A DNA stretch of 64,000 nucleotides from a virus: IMG/VR virus record IMGVR_UViG_3300021963_000029, positions 96,001 through 160,000 of that record; one strand, 5' to 3'. Shown piece by piece: positions 48,957-58,209 of this stretch; the stretch's first letter is position 1; every line of letters starts with the position of its first letter. The notes beneath the pieces are model-generated. The model was given only the letters and a program-made list of their open reading frames with translations, did no database searches and had not been told where the DNA came from. The translations under genes and the position numbers were made by a program.

Positions 48957-50018
48957 TTACAGAGCATTGCCTCTTGGCAACACTTCCTCTGGGAACACAA
49001 AGTTCTCATGAGGTTGATCTACAGGTGCCATCCAAGCACGTAGACCTTCATTAAGCAAAATGTTCTTAGTATAGAAGGTTTCAAACTCTGGATCCTCTGC
49101 TGCTCTAATCTCCTGACTCACAAAATCATAAGCACGAAGATTAAGGGCAAGACCAATGATACCAATACTGGAAGTCCAAAGACCCATGACAGGTACAAAG
49201 AGCATAAAGAAATGAAGCCAACGCTTGTTACTAAAAGCAATCCCAAAGATCTGCGACCAGAATCTGTTTGCAGTGACCATAGAATAAGTTTCTTCTTCCT
49301 GCGTAGGCTCAAAAGCCTTAAAAGTGTTTGCTTGTTCACTATCTTCAAATAGAGTGTTTTCTACAGTAGCTCCATGAATTGCACAGAGCAGTGCTCCACC
49401 CAGTATACCAGCAACTCCCATCATATGGAAGGGGTTGAGGGTCCAGTTGTGGAAACCCTGAAGGAACAGAAGGAACCTGAAGATCGCAGCAACACCAAAA
49501 GAAGGTGCAAAGAACCAACTAGACTGTCCCAGTGGATACATCAGAAATACTGAGACAAACACTGCAATAGGACCAGAGAAAGCAATAGCATTATAAGGTC
49601 TAATACCTACAAGTCTTGCAATTTCAAATTGCCTAAGCATGAATCCAATCAAACTAAAGGCCCCATGGAGTGCCACAAAAGGCCAGAGTCCCCCAAGTTG
49701 GAACCACCTGACGATATCCCCTTGAGCCTCAGGACCCCAGAGCAGAAGAAGAGAATGACCCATAGAATCTGCTGGAGTAGAAACTGCTGCAGTAAGAAAG
49801 TTTGCACCCTCAAGATAGCTGGACGCAAGACCATGAGTGTACCAACTCGTAACGAAAGTTGTCCCAGTAAGCCAACCACCAAGAGCAAGGTAAGCAGTGG
49901 GAAAAAGAAGAAGTCCAGACCAGCCAACAAAAACGAAACGATCTCTTTTAAGCCAGTCATCAAGTACATCAAACCATCCTCTCTGTGAAATTGGTTGTGA
50001 AAGTGTAGATGAAACCAT
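48957..50018 (-). CDS. psbD: photosystem II D2 protein
   Basis: [23 protein letters not shown]...[10 protein letters not shown]. Confidence 0.99.
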   Translation of the reverse strand: MVSSTLSQPISQRGWFDVLDDWLKRDRFVFVGWSGLLLFPTAYLALGGWLTGTTFVTSWYTHGLASSYLEGANFLTAAVSTPADSMGHSLLLLWGPEAQGDIVRWFQLGGLWPFVALHGAFSLIGFMLRQFEIARLVGIRPYNAIAFSGPIAVFVSVFLMYPLGQSSWFFAPSFGVAAIFRFLLFLQGFHNWTLNPFHMMGVAGILGGALLCAIHGATVENTLFEDSEQANTFKAFEPTQEEETYSMVTANRFWSQIFGIAFSNKRWLHFFMLFVPVMGLWTSSIGIIGLALNLRAYDFVSQEIRAAEDPEFETFYTKNILLNEGLRAWMAPVDQPHENFVFPEEVLPRGNAL

Positions 50019-50032
50019 TAATACCTCCGAAA

Positions 50033-50054
50033 TAAAAAGGGGTCCTAAGACCCC
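50033..50054 (-). terminator. intrinsic terminator between psbA and psbD
   Basis: GGGGTC-TTAG-GACCCC-TTTTT. Confidence 0.8.
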
Positions 50055-50077
50055 AATTTGTAGTTTTGTTTATTGTA

Positions 50078-51157
50078 TCAACCAATTGCAGGTGCAGTGA
50101 GAGCAACAGGAGTTGCTTCAGAAGCAGCAAGGTCAAGAGGGAAGTTGTGAGCATTTCTTTCATGCATTACTTCCATACCCAGACCAGCACGATTGAGGAC
50201 ATCTGCCCAAGTGTTAATCACTTTACCTTGAGAATCAACAATAGACTGGTTGAAGTTGAAACCATTGAGGTTGAATGCCATGGTGCTAACACCAAGAGCA
50301 GTGAACCAAATGCCAACTACAGGCCATGCAGCAAGGAAGAAGTGAAGTGAACGAGAGTTGTTGAATGATGCATACTGGAAGATCAGACGACCAAAGTATC
50401 CATGAGCAGCAACAATGTTATAGGTCTCTTCTTCTTGACCAAACTTGTAACCATAGTTCTGTGACTCATTCTCAGTGGTTTCACGAACCAGTGAAGAGGT
50501 TACCAGAGAACCATGCATAGCAGAGAACAGAGAACCACCAAACACACCAGCAACTCCAAGCATATGGAAGGGGTGCATCAGGATGTTATGTTCTGCCTGG
50601 AACACAAGCATGTAGTTGAAAGTACCAGAAATACCCAGAGGCATTGCATCAGAGAAAGAACCCTGACCAAAAGGATACACCAGGAACACTGCAGAAGCAG
50701 CAGCAACAGGTGCAGAGTAAGCAACACAGATCCAAGGACGCATACCAAGTCTGTAAGAAAGTTCCCACTCACGACCCATGTAAGCATAGATACCAATCAG
50801 GAAGTGGAACACAACCAGTTGGAAAGGTCCACCATTGTAGAGCCACTCATCAAGAGAAGCAGCTTCCCAAATGGGGTAAAAGTGCAGTCCAATAGCATTG
50901 GAGGAAGGAATTACAGCACCAGAAATAATGTTGTTTCCATACATGAGAGAACCAGCAACTGGTTCACGAATACCATCAATGTCTACAGGAGGTGCAGCAA
51001 TAAAAGCAACAATAAAGCAAATTGTTGCAGCAAGCAGACAGGGGATCATCAGAACCCCAAACCAACCTACATATAGGCGATTGTCTGTTGAAGTAACCCA
51101 GTTACAGAATTGATCCCAGGTGTTAGTAGATTGTCTTTGAGCAATTGTAGCAGTCAT
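50078..51157 (-). CDS. psbA: photosystem II D1 protein (E130, high-light type; uninterrupted)
   Basis: [23 protein letters not shown] plus C-terminal extension. Confidence 0.99.
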   Translation of the reverse strand: MTATIAQRQSTNTWDQFCNWVTSTDNRLYVGWFGVLMIPCLLAATICFIVAFIAAPPVDIDGIREPVAGSLMYGNNIISGAVIPSSNAIGLHFYPIWEAASLDEWLYNGGPFQLVVFHFLIGIYAYMGREWELSYRLGMRPWICVAYSAPVAAASAVFLVYPFGQGSFSDAMPLGISGTFNYMLVFQAEHNILMHPFHMLGVAGVFGGSLFSAMHGSLVTSSLVRETTENESQNYGYKFGQEEETYNIVAAHGYFGRLIFQYASFNNSRSLHFFLAAWPVVGIWFTALGVSTMAFNLNGFNFNQSIVDSQGKVINTWADVLNRAGLGMEVMHERNAHNFPLDLAASEATPVALTAPAIG

Positions 51158-51206
51158 TTTTATTAAAAGAAAGTAAAACCATCAGGGAAATGGTGGAGTT
51201 ACTATT

Positions 51207-51278
51207 CCCCAGTCACCCTCAGACTGGGTATGAGAGACTGTGTTTTACCTCCCCATAGGTCTCGGTTAGGAAGAGGGC
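51207..51278 (-). ncRNA. PhotoRC-II-like structured RNA in psbA 5' leader
   Basis: CCUAACCGAGAC...GUCUCUCAUA followed by stem CCCAGUC/GACUGGG, upstream of psbA. Confidence 0.65.
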
Positions 51279-51317
51279 AACTGTTAAGAACTTGTTACAT
51301 TCCTTAACTTGTTGATA

Positions 51318-51351
51318 TATTTATCATACCAGACCTCTTCAAACATGTCAA
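51318..51351 (-). promoter_or_regulatory. overlapping early (sigma70) and late promoters of psbA
   Basis: TTGACA-17 nt-TATGAT, with TAAATA overlapping the -10 box. Confidence 0.75.
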
Positions 51352-51385
51352 GGCAATAAATACAGGAGTAGCATAAGGATGTCTG

Positions 51386-51502
51386 ATGGCTAAGTCAGCT
51401 AACAAAGGTAAGAAGGGTAGTGCAGGTTCTGCAAACAATAAGAAGCAGAACTCAGGGAATGCTACTGCTAAGAAAGCAAAGAATGGCGGCAAGAAAAAAT
51501 GA
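51386..51502 (+). CDS. Lys-rich micro-protein (38 aa)
   Basis: MAKSANKGKKGSAGSANNKKQNSGNATAKKAKNGGKKK; late TAAATA box at 51357..51362. Confidence 0.65.
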   Translation: MAKSANKGKKGSAGSANNKKQNSGNATAKKAKNGGKKK

Positions 51503-51678
51503 TTGAATTGGTTGCCTTCATGATTGTTGGTTATGTTGAGACTAGTCCTGGGCAATGTCAAATTGATTATTGGAGATATAATGACATTCATTCACTTACT
51601 GTCCCATGCCACGAGAATGGAACACTCCAAAGAGGGAGTGTTGGAATGCTCCCATCCATCAAATACTTAAAGCCATAG
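51499..51678 (+). CDS. small hypothetical protein (59 aa)
   Basis: Hand translation MIELVAFMIVGYVETSPGQCQIDY...; ATGA coupling. Confidence 0.55.
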   Translation: MIELVAFMIVGYVETSPGQCQIDYWRYNDIHSLTVPCHENGTLQRGSVGMLPSIKYLKP

Positions 51679-51797
51679 ACAACCACACAAGATTGTGGAT
51701 GGAGACTGGTGATTACTGGCATGAAGAACAAGCACAGATATTAAGAAAATATGTAAAAGATCTAAAAGTTTGGATCCATAGGCAAGAAGGAAAATAA
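51606..51797 (+). CDS. conserved hypothetical cyanophage protein
   Basis: MPREWNTPKRECWNAPIHQILKAIDNH...LR.YV..LK.WI...E. Confidence 0.7.
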   Translation: MPREWNTPKRECWNAPIHQILKAIDNHTRLWMETGDYWHEEQAQILRKYVKDLKVWIHRQEGK

Positions 51798-51830
51798 GAT
51801 AAATAGTTGGCAAGAACTATACATAAGAAA

Positions 51831-52277
51831 ATGAAAAGACTTCTACTAGCCTTTTCGTTATTCTTTATCACCCCTGTAAGTGCTGCTGAAATTACATCAA
51901 GAATAACTGACTCTGTACAACTTAAGGTTGATGCTGCTGCTTCACAAGCATTAAGAGTAGGTGGACAATACTCAGTTTCTGGCACTAATATTCAATCCTC
52001 TACATTTGGTGGTGTAGGTGGTGCTGGCACATATTCAGTTAACACTGCTGGTCAAGCATTTACTTTCTCTGAAAGTTTAATTGAAGCAGATACTACACCT
52101 GCATCAGTGTCTACTGGAGCAATTGCCCCCTATGGAAATATTACCTCTACTGCTGCTGGTTCTGCTGGAAGCCTTGCTGGTACTCTGTCTGGGACAGGGG
52201 TTCCTACAGTAACTGCTGGTGGTGCTGGTACAACAGCAACAGGTCAAAGATCTATTGAATTAAGCGTATTTAAATGA
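51831..52277 (+). CDS. signal-peptide-bearing hypothetical protein
   Basis: MKRLLLAFSLFFITPVSA signal peptide; late box at 51800..51805. Confidence 0.75.
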   Translation: MKRLLLAFSLFFITPVSAAEITSRITDSVQLKVDAAASQALRVGGQYSVSGTNIQSSTFGGVGGAGTYSVNTAGQAFTFSESLIEADTTPASVSTGAIAPYGNITSTAAGSAGSLAGTLSGTGVPTVTAGGAGTTATGQRSIELSVFK

Positions 52278-52639
52278 GACTTATAACTCCTGCTCTGCTT
52301 ACAGCAGCAGGAGTCATTTGTACTCCTGTTTATGCTGAGAGTGTTGTACCAAACTTCACCAGAGGAACCATCACTGCAACCACAGAAACAACAACAAAAG
52401 TTATAGAATCCATTCGTCAAGTTGAATATACAACTGGCACATCATACACTGTAACTGGCACCAACATTAACATTCCTAGTAATCCACAACCAGGAGCGAA
52501 CTACACCATCATGAACCAAGGTGCTCCATTCCAGTTCAGTGAAACCTATCTAGGACCTGGAGTGGCAAAAGAAACATGGATAGATCGCACCACAGAAAGT
52601 CAATCAGTTACAAACTCTGTATCTGTCTTTACTCAATGA
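52274..52639 (+). CDS. signal-peptide-bearing hypothetical protein
   Basis: VPNFTRGT...SVSVF; C-terminus parallels the ELSVF end of the previous gene. Confidence 0.75.
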   Translation: MRLITPALLTAAGVICTPVYAESVVPNFTRGTITATTETTTKVIESIRQVEYTTGTSYTVTGTNINIPSNPQPGANYTIMNQGAPFQFSETYLGPGVAKETWIDRTTESQSVTNSVSVFTQ

Positions 52640-53121
52640 TGCTTCCTGCTTTTGCACAGCAAGCACCATCCAATACAAACATAGCAGGACCCTCTGCATC
52701 TGCCACTGGTAATGTAACCAACCAGGCAGTTCAAGTGCTACAGGGTCCTTTTGCTTTGAATACTTATGGTGGTGGTGTTAGTTGCCAAGGTCCTACCATG
52801 AGCTTTGCTCCATTTATATTAGGAACTGGTAATGGAAATGATGATCCAGCAACTTACAAATCCTACAGTGGCAACGCTGGGTTAAGTTTTGGTTTCAACT
52901 TTCCTCTTGATGGATCACTACAAGAAATATGTAAGACAAGGGCAAAAGTTGAAATTGCCAGACAACAAGCTGAAGCAGATAAAGCAAGACTTGATTTTGA
53001 ATTAGTTAGATTATTGAAGTGTGGTGAGGCAATGAAGAATGGAATATCATTTCATCCTCAATCACCTTATCATAAAATCTGTGCGGATGTAGTTGTCAAA
53101 TACCCACAAGCATCTAAATAA
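52576..53121 (+). CDS. hypothetical secreted-type protein with Cys motifs
   Basis: ASATGNVTNQAVQ..QG....GGGVSCQGPT...C...RLDFEL.RL..CG...C.DV. Confidence 0.75.
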   Translation: MDRSHHRKSISYKLCICLYSMMLPAFAQQAPSNTNIAGPSASATGNVTNQAVQVLQGPFALNTYGGGVSCQGPTMSFAPFILGTGNGNDDPATYKSYSGNAGLSFGFNFPLDGSLQEICKTRAKVEIARQQAEADKARLDFELVRLLKCGEAMKNGISFHPQSPYHKICADVVVKYPQASK

Positions 53122-53129
53122 AATTAAAA

Positions 53130-53300
53130 ATGTTTATAGCAAAAAGAATTGCTTTCATGAATGAAGTTTTGTACTTTGAAGAAGATACAAAATGGACTCC
53201 AGATAGATCAAAAGCAAAACAATTTAATACTAAAAAAGAAGCAATTAAAGAATCTGATAGAGCAGGTCTTTATGAAATTGTATTAGAGGAAGTAAAATGA
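53130..53300 (+). CDS. small hypothetical protein (56 aa)
   Basis: Hand translation MFIAKRIAFMNEVLYFEEDTKWTPDRSKAKQF...; late box at 53115..53120. Confidence 0.6.
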   Translation: MFIAKRIAFMNEVLYFEEDTKWTPDRSKAKQFNTKKEAIKESDRAGLYEIVLEEVK

Positions 53301-53539
53301 AACAAGTAGCATTAGCATTATCAATTGTTAGTTTAAGTATCAGTGGGGCACTTTGTTATGGTGCTTATGTAACCTACCAGAAAGCACAAAAAATTCTTGA
53401 CAATCCAGAGGAATTTGTTGGTGCTGTAGTGGAGAAACAAGTCAACAAAGCATTTCAAAATCTACCTATTCCAGGATTAAAAGGGGGAACTTTAGAACTA
53501 GGATCTCTAAATAAAGAGAAGTTTAAATTACCATTCTAA
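53297..53539 (+). CDS. small membrane-anchored protein
   Basis: N-terminal hydrophobic helix. Confidence 0.65.
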   Translation: MKQVALALSIVSLSISGALCYGAYVTYQKAQKILDNPEEFVGAVVEKQVNKAFQNLPIPGLKGGTLELGSLNKEKFKLPF

Positions 53540-53967
53540 TGGCTGACAAAGATCCTTACATCTATAGAATAAGATCAGTCCACAAAGTAGTAGATGGAGA
53601 CACTATTGACGCTGATATTGATCTTGGTTTTGATATCTCCCTTACTAAGCGAATTCGTCTTGCTGGTATCGATACCCCAGAGAGCAGAACAACTGATGCA
53701 AATGAAAAGAAACTTGGTCTTGAAGTTAAGGAATGGCTCAAAGAAAGATTAAACTTTGCCAAAGATATTATTATCAAGACAGAGTTACCTGATAGTACAG
53801 AAAAGTATGGGCGTATCATTGGACATCTGTATATTAATGGAGAAGAAGTATCAATCAATAATCAAATGATTGCTGAGGGATATGCTTGGGAATATGATGG
53901 AGGCACAAAGAAAAAAGATTTTAATTTACTCTTAGAAAAAAGAAAGGCTTACAAACAATCTCTCTAA
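53539..53967 (+). CDS. staphylococcal-nuclease-like (thermonuclease) protein
   Basis: KVVDGDTID...RIRLAGIDTPE...KYGRIIG...N..MI.EGYA. Confidence 0.9.
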   Translation: MADKDPYIYRIRSVHKVVDGDTIDADIDLGFDISLTKRIRLAGIDTPESRTTDANEKKLGLEVKEWLKERLNFAKDIIIKTELPDSTEKYGRIIGHLYINGEEVSINNQMIAEGYAWEYDGGTKKKDFNLLLEKRKAYKQSL

Positions 53968-53994
53968 ATAATATTATTAAAGACTACAATATTA

Positions 53995-54333
53995 ATGACT
54001 GCTCCAGTAAAAATAAATTTAGTTGTTAATCAAAAGTCTAGTTTTGTTGCAGGGTTCATTGTAACTGATCAAGATGATAATAAAATTGATTTAGCAGGAT
54101 ATAGTATTGAAGCAAAACTAAAAAAAGATTTTACTTCTCCATCCACTGTTAGCTTTGCAACAACTGCAATAGCACCAACAACAAATGGAAAGTTAGAAAT
54201 TTCTTTAACACCCAATCAAACTGCTCCTTTGAGTGGTACTTTCGTGTATGATGTAACTATTACTAATACATCAACCAATTTTAAAACTAGAATTGCTGAA
54301 GGAAATATCAGAGTAGATCCAGGTGTAACCTAA
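53995..54333 (+). CDS. BppU-N-like adaptor (paralog of 7124..7471)
   Basis: INLVVNQKSSF...IDLAGY...LKK...G.FVYDV...RIAEG; late box at 53965..53970. Confidence 0.65.
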   Translation: MTAPVKINLVVNQKSSFVAGFIVTDQDDNKIDLAGYSIEAKLKKDFTSPSTVSFATTAIAPTTNGKLEISLTPNQTAPLSGTFVYDVTITNTSTNFKTRIAEGNIRVDPGVT

Positions 54334-55592
54334 TGCCAGACCCACAATATTTCAAAGTATCATTAATCCCAAATAAAAATTATGCTTCTGAAATAAGAGG
54401 TCAGGAGTATACAGCATCAATCACTCAAGGAGTTAGAGGACCTCAAGGGTTTCAAGGAGTTCAGGGCGCTCAAGGTCCTCCCTATGTAATTGGACCTCAA
54501 GGTTTTCAAGGAGATTCTGGTCCTCAAGGTGTACAAGGACCACAAGGATTCCAAGGTCTTCAGGGATTCCAAGGAGAAGTTGGTAACATAGGACCACAAG
54601 GAATACAAGGTCCTCAAGGTCTTGGACCACAAGGGTTTACTGGACCACAAGGAGTTCAAGGACCACAAGGAGTTCAAGGACCTCAAGGATTTGGTCCTCA
54701 AGGTTCTCAAGGTAACGCAGGACCTCAAGGTTCACAAGGATTTCAAGGAAATCAAGGATATGGTCCACAAGGACCACAAGGTTCAATTGGAAATATTGGA
54801 CCTCAAGGTATACAAGGACCTCAAGGTGTTGGTCCCCAAGGACCTCTTGGTCCCCAAGGAGAAAGTGGACCTCAAGGAGTACAAGGTCCTCAAGGATATG
54901 GACCTCAAGGATCTACTGGACCACAAGGTATCCAAGGTCCTCAGGGGGTACAAGGTCCTCAGGGATATGGACCTCAAGGTGAAAGAGGACCTCAAGGAAT
55001 TATTGGACCTCAAGGCGCACAAGGAATAGGACCACAAGGATCTCAAGGATTCCAAGGGTTTATTGGTCTACAAGGAGCTCAAGGTTCTCCAGGAAATCCA
55101 GGATCTCAAGGAATTCAAGGTCCTGTAGGAGAAAGAGGACCTCAAGGAGTACAAGGTCCACAAGGAGTACAAGGTCCACAAGGATTTGGACCTCAAGGTG
55201 CTCAAGGAGTACAAGGAGATCAGGGACTACTAGGACCTCAAGGTCCAGCTAATGGACCAATAGGTCCACAAGGTTCTCAAGGAATTCAAGGTGCCCCTGG
55301 AAGTCAAGGGTTACCAGGGTTTCAAGGAAACTCAGGATTAGCAGGATCTCAAGGACCACAAGGACCAGTGGGACCTCAAGGGTTTAGTTATTTTATTCCC
55401 ACAGCAACAGGAATACATACACTTTCTAATGTTGGCATTGGAACCACAAACGCAACATCAACATTAGTTGTAATTGGAGATGCTAAAGTTGGAATTAACA
55501 CCTCACAAGGAGTAATATTAACATCCCCAAATGGAACTCAATATAGATTGATAGTAGATAATTCTGGAAACTTATCTACTACATTAGTCTAA
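54333..55592 (+). CDS. collagen-like fibre protein
   Basis: 419 aa, (G-X-Q)n core; C-terminus NVGIGTT...LTSPNGTQYRLIVDNSGNL. Confidence 0.9.
   Translation: MPDPQYFKVSLIPNKNYASEIRGQEYTASITQGVRGPQGFQGVQGAQGPPYVIGPQGFQGDSGPQGVQGPQGFQGLQGFQGEVGNIGPQGIQGPQGLGPQGFTGPQGVQGPQGVQGPQGFGPQGSQGNAGPQGSQGFQGNQGYGPQGPQGSIGNIGPQGIQGPQGVGPQGPLGPQGESGPQGVQGPQGYGPQGSTGPQGIQGPQGVQGPQGYGPQGERGPQGIIGPQGAQGIGPQGSQGFQGFIGLQGAQGSPGNPGSQGIQGPVGERGPQGVQGPQGVQGPQGFGPQGAQGVQGDQGLLGPQGPANGPIGPQGSQGIQGAPGSQGLPGFQGNSGLAGSQGPQGPVGPQGFSYFIPTATGIHTLSNVGIGTTNATSTLVVIGDAKVGINTSQGVILTSPNGTQYRLIVDNSGNLSTTLV
54436..55383 (+). repeat. 9-nt-period repeats (ggacctcaa/ggaccacaa) encoding G-X-Q
   Basis: Directly visible tandem units. 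Confidence 0.9.
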
Positions 55593-56353
55593 GAGTGAAA
55601 CTCTTTGTACTGCCTTTGTTTATCCTTTTTCTGTTCTTTCTTAAGTAACTTATTGACTTTCTTCAAGGACTGACTTTTCTCAAAAGCAAAGTATATCTGT
55701 AGTTCATATGGGGTAAGATCTCTACTCAGGAGTTTCTTACCCCTTACAAATATCTGTTGAACTACAGGTTTCATTTTGTTTACCATCCATTCCACCAAAG
55801 ATTTGCCAATAAGAGCCGCAGCAACAGAGGCAGTAGCAGTAGTCCCAGCAAGAATAACCTGCTCTTTAGGTGGGATGGGGACTTGTCCAATAATTGGAAC
55901 TTCAATTACAGGAACTCCTAAGTTATTAGATGGTGGCAATCCATCAGAAGACTCTTGAGAGGGTGGGGGTTGAACAACCTGAGGCAGTTGAGGTACAGGG
56001 GTAGCATCAGGAAGTCCCCTATTTTTTTCTTGTTGTTCCTCTTCTTTCTTCTTTTGTTCTGCTTTTACAGCAGCATCAAACTCTTCCTGTGTTGGCACAT
56101 CAATCACAGGATAATTTATTGAAGGGTCTGGTGCCCTAAAAATAGGCAGTGTCAGACCCTGTGTTACAGGAAACTCAAACTTCTGGGCGGGTAGACGCTC
56201 TACTGTAGTCTGGGGAATCCCCTGGATCACAGTTGGGGCAACCTGCTGTTGAGGTATCTGCTGCTGCGATATCTGCTGGAGGTTCTGGTTCTGGAGTGGG
56301 TTCAACTCCTGTGATATTGGGCTCCCTACGAGTTTGATCTCCATCTTTATCAT
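55589..56353 (-). CDS. hypothetical Pro/Gln-rich membrane protein
   Basis: 254 aa with hydrophobic segment AGTTATASVAAALIG; start uncertain because of overlap with the upstream ORF. Confidence 0.7.
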   Translation of the reverse strand: MIKMEIKLVGSPISQELNPLQNQNLQQISQQQIPQQQVAPTVIQGIPQTTVERLPAQKFEFPVTQGLTLPIFRAPDPSINYPVIDVPTQEEFDAAVKAEQKKKEEEQQEKNRGLPDATPVPQLPQVVQPPPSQESSDGLPPSNNLGVPVIEVPIIGQVPIPPKEQVILAGTTATASVAAALIGKSLVEWMVNKMKPVVQQIFVRGKKLLSRDLTPYELQIYFAFEKSQSLKKVNKLLKKEQKKDKQRQYKEFHS

Positions 56354-56546
56354 CTCCTTTCTTCAGAGTGTCAACTCCAAAGGTTGCAGCTGCAGCAGTA
56401 AATACTGTAGCAATAAATGTTGGGTCCATCTTAGCAAGAAGACCAGCATAAGATGCAGTGAGTAATGCTGCACTCCAGCTCAATACAGTAATTCTAACAA
56501 TAGTGCTCATACATCTTTCCTTTTTCTGTGGCGTATCGCTCATCAT
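56175..56546 (-). CDS. small two-TM membrane protein (holin-like topology possible)
   Basis: VRITVLSWSAALLTASY...DPTFIATVFTAAAATFGV, then a charged tail. Confidence 0.65.
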   Translation of the reverse strand: MMSDTPQKKERCMSTIVRITVLSWSAALLTASYAGLLAKMDPTFIATVFTAAAATFGVDTLKKGDDKDGDQTRREPNITGVEPTPEPEPPADIAAADTSTAGCPNCDPGDSPDYSRASTRPEV

Positions 56547-56577
56547 TCTATGAATGAAGTTTCCTCTATATTTAGGA

Positions 56578-58209
56578 TTAGAATCTAAATTTAACTTTAA
56601 CTGCTGCTGAGTTGTTTGTTAATCCATCAGCAACAGAATGAGTTCCCTCCACATATAGTACTTCTTTAACATCTATTGATGCAGTTGCACTATATGAATT
56701 GTCTGTAGCATAGGATCCTTCTACACTCACTCCAATTACATCTTTCTTCTTGCCCCCAAATCTGGTTTCAAGTTTAAGACCTGCTTCACCAACATGAGTA
56801 GTTTCATTAACTGCTTCTACAGTTCTTGCTGATTCAGGAGAACCAGTTTCTGTATAAGCATCTCTTTTGATATTAGAAACAGTATAACCTAAGAATGGTT
56901 TAAACCATCCAGAGTTATTCACATACAATCTATTGTTAACCCACCATTGCTGACCATCAACCTTAGACCAATTACCAAACAGATACTCAACAGTTCTAGC
57001 AACATCATACTTATCTTGAGAAGCACCAGCATTTGTAACAAGTGCTACATCTCTACCATGGAAACTATTAAAGATTCCCACATGCTGTCTCTTAAGGTGT
57101 GAGATGCTATCTACACCTTTGAGTTCAGAATAGATATCATTATATTGTGCGCCAACAGTCCATCCTTTTGTAAGTGCTAACTCTACACCACCACCAAATA
57201 CTGTTGATTGTGCTTCATAACCATCAGCATTATAGGAATGCATGAATCTATTAGTTTCAAATATCCTAAACTTTTTCTTGTGGTTGACCAGTGGTTCATG
57301 ATTAAGTGTGTTATTGACAGCACCACTGATACCATCAAGAACTTCTAATTGATCAATACGACCAGAATATTCAGCATACTGATGAGAAACTGCAGACTGA
57401 CTTGAACTACTTGTGGTAACTACTGGTGTTCCATTTGTGACTACAGTTGAGTTATCACTGTAAGTATCAGTAGTGACTGGTGTTGTTGTGGTAGTTGTTA
57501 CTGTTGTAGCAGTGACTGTGGTAGCAGCATCAAAGTTAAGTTTTTGTTTTCCACCACTCTCTGAAGTTGCATGAGTGATAACAGTGTTTGATGTAAATGT
57601 AGGAGCACCAACATTTAAAACAACATTGTTAGTAACAACAGAACTTACAAGTGTTGGTGGTGGAGGTGTACCTCCAGTTTCATAAATGTCAAGGACTCCA
57701 TTATTGTTAGCATCACCAGAAAGAAGACCAGCAGATAAAGTTACAGTTCCTGTGCGAATAACTTGTGATGATGGATCCCAATCCATCGTTGGTTGAGCAA
57801 TAGGATTATAAGTGAATTGATAGTCTCCTGCTGTTAAACCATTAAAGGTTACACCCTGCCAGGTGTAACTCTGAGTTATTCCATAAGCTGCTGATGGATC
57901 TCCATAAGGGATTAAGTTAGTTCCATCAGACATAAAATAGTTTGTACCAGGAATTAATCCTGTTGGTTCAGTATTTGAAAGTAAAGTCCAGTTAACTGTT
58001 GTTGGTGAAAATGCAGTTCCATTGACACCTTGAAGAGTCATAGAACCTTCTGTAAAATTAGTTCCAGCGTGCCAGGAACCATACCAGAAAGTTACTGTTC
58101 CATTGCCCCCACCAACATATCCTAAAGAGTTGGTGTGTGCTAATGCTGCTGTTGGCACTCCAAATAAGAGCACAGAGGTCGCAGCAAGCGCCTTTTGTGT
58201 GATAGACAT
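56578..58209 (-). CDS. autotransporter-like outer-membrane beta-barrel protein
   Basis: Signal peptide, passenger, T/V-rich linker, alternating beta strands, terminal VKVKFRF beta-signal. Confidence 0.75.
   Translation of the reverse strand: MSITQKALAATSVLLFGVPTAALAHTNSLGYVGGGNGTVTFWYGSWHAGTNFTEGSMTLQGVNGTAFSPTTVNWTLLSNTEPTGLIPGTNYFMSDGTNLIPYGDPSAAYGITQSYTWQGVTFNGLTAGDYQFTYNPIAQPTMDWDPSSQVIRTGTVTLSAGLLSGDANNNGVLDIYETGGTPPPPTLVSSVVTNNVVLNVGAPTFTSNTVITHATSESGGKQKLNFDAATTVTATTVTTTTTTPVTTDTYSDNSTVVTNGTPVVTTSSSSQSAVSHQYAEYSGRIDQLEVLDGISGAVNNTLNHEPLVNHKKKFRIFETNRFMHSYNADGYEAQSTVFGGGVELALTKGWTVGAQYNDIYSELKGVDSISHLKRQHVGIFNSFHGRDVALVTNAGASQDKYDVARTVEYLFGNWSKVDGQQWWVNNRLYVNNSGWFKPFLGYTVSNIKRDAYTETGSPESARTVEAVNETTHVGEAGLKLETRFGGKKKDVIGVSVEGSYATDNSYSATASIDVKEVLYVEGTHSVADGLTNNSAAVKVKFRF

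Noticed and set aside
49118-51113. ORFs antisense or frame-shifted within psbA and psbD
   Set aside because: Shadows of biased codon usage; psbA and psbD are full length and uninterrupted, with no intron or homing endonuclease.
51304-51591. 95-aa minus-strand ORF
   Set aside because: Antisense to two plus-strand micro-ORFs that have a late promoter; it also overlaps the psbA promoter.
54417-55055. Alternative-frame ORFs over the second collagen gene
   Set aside because: Same repeat artefact.
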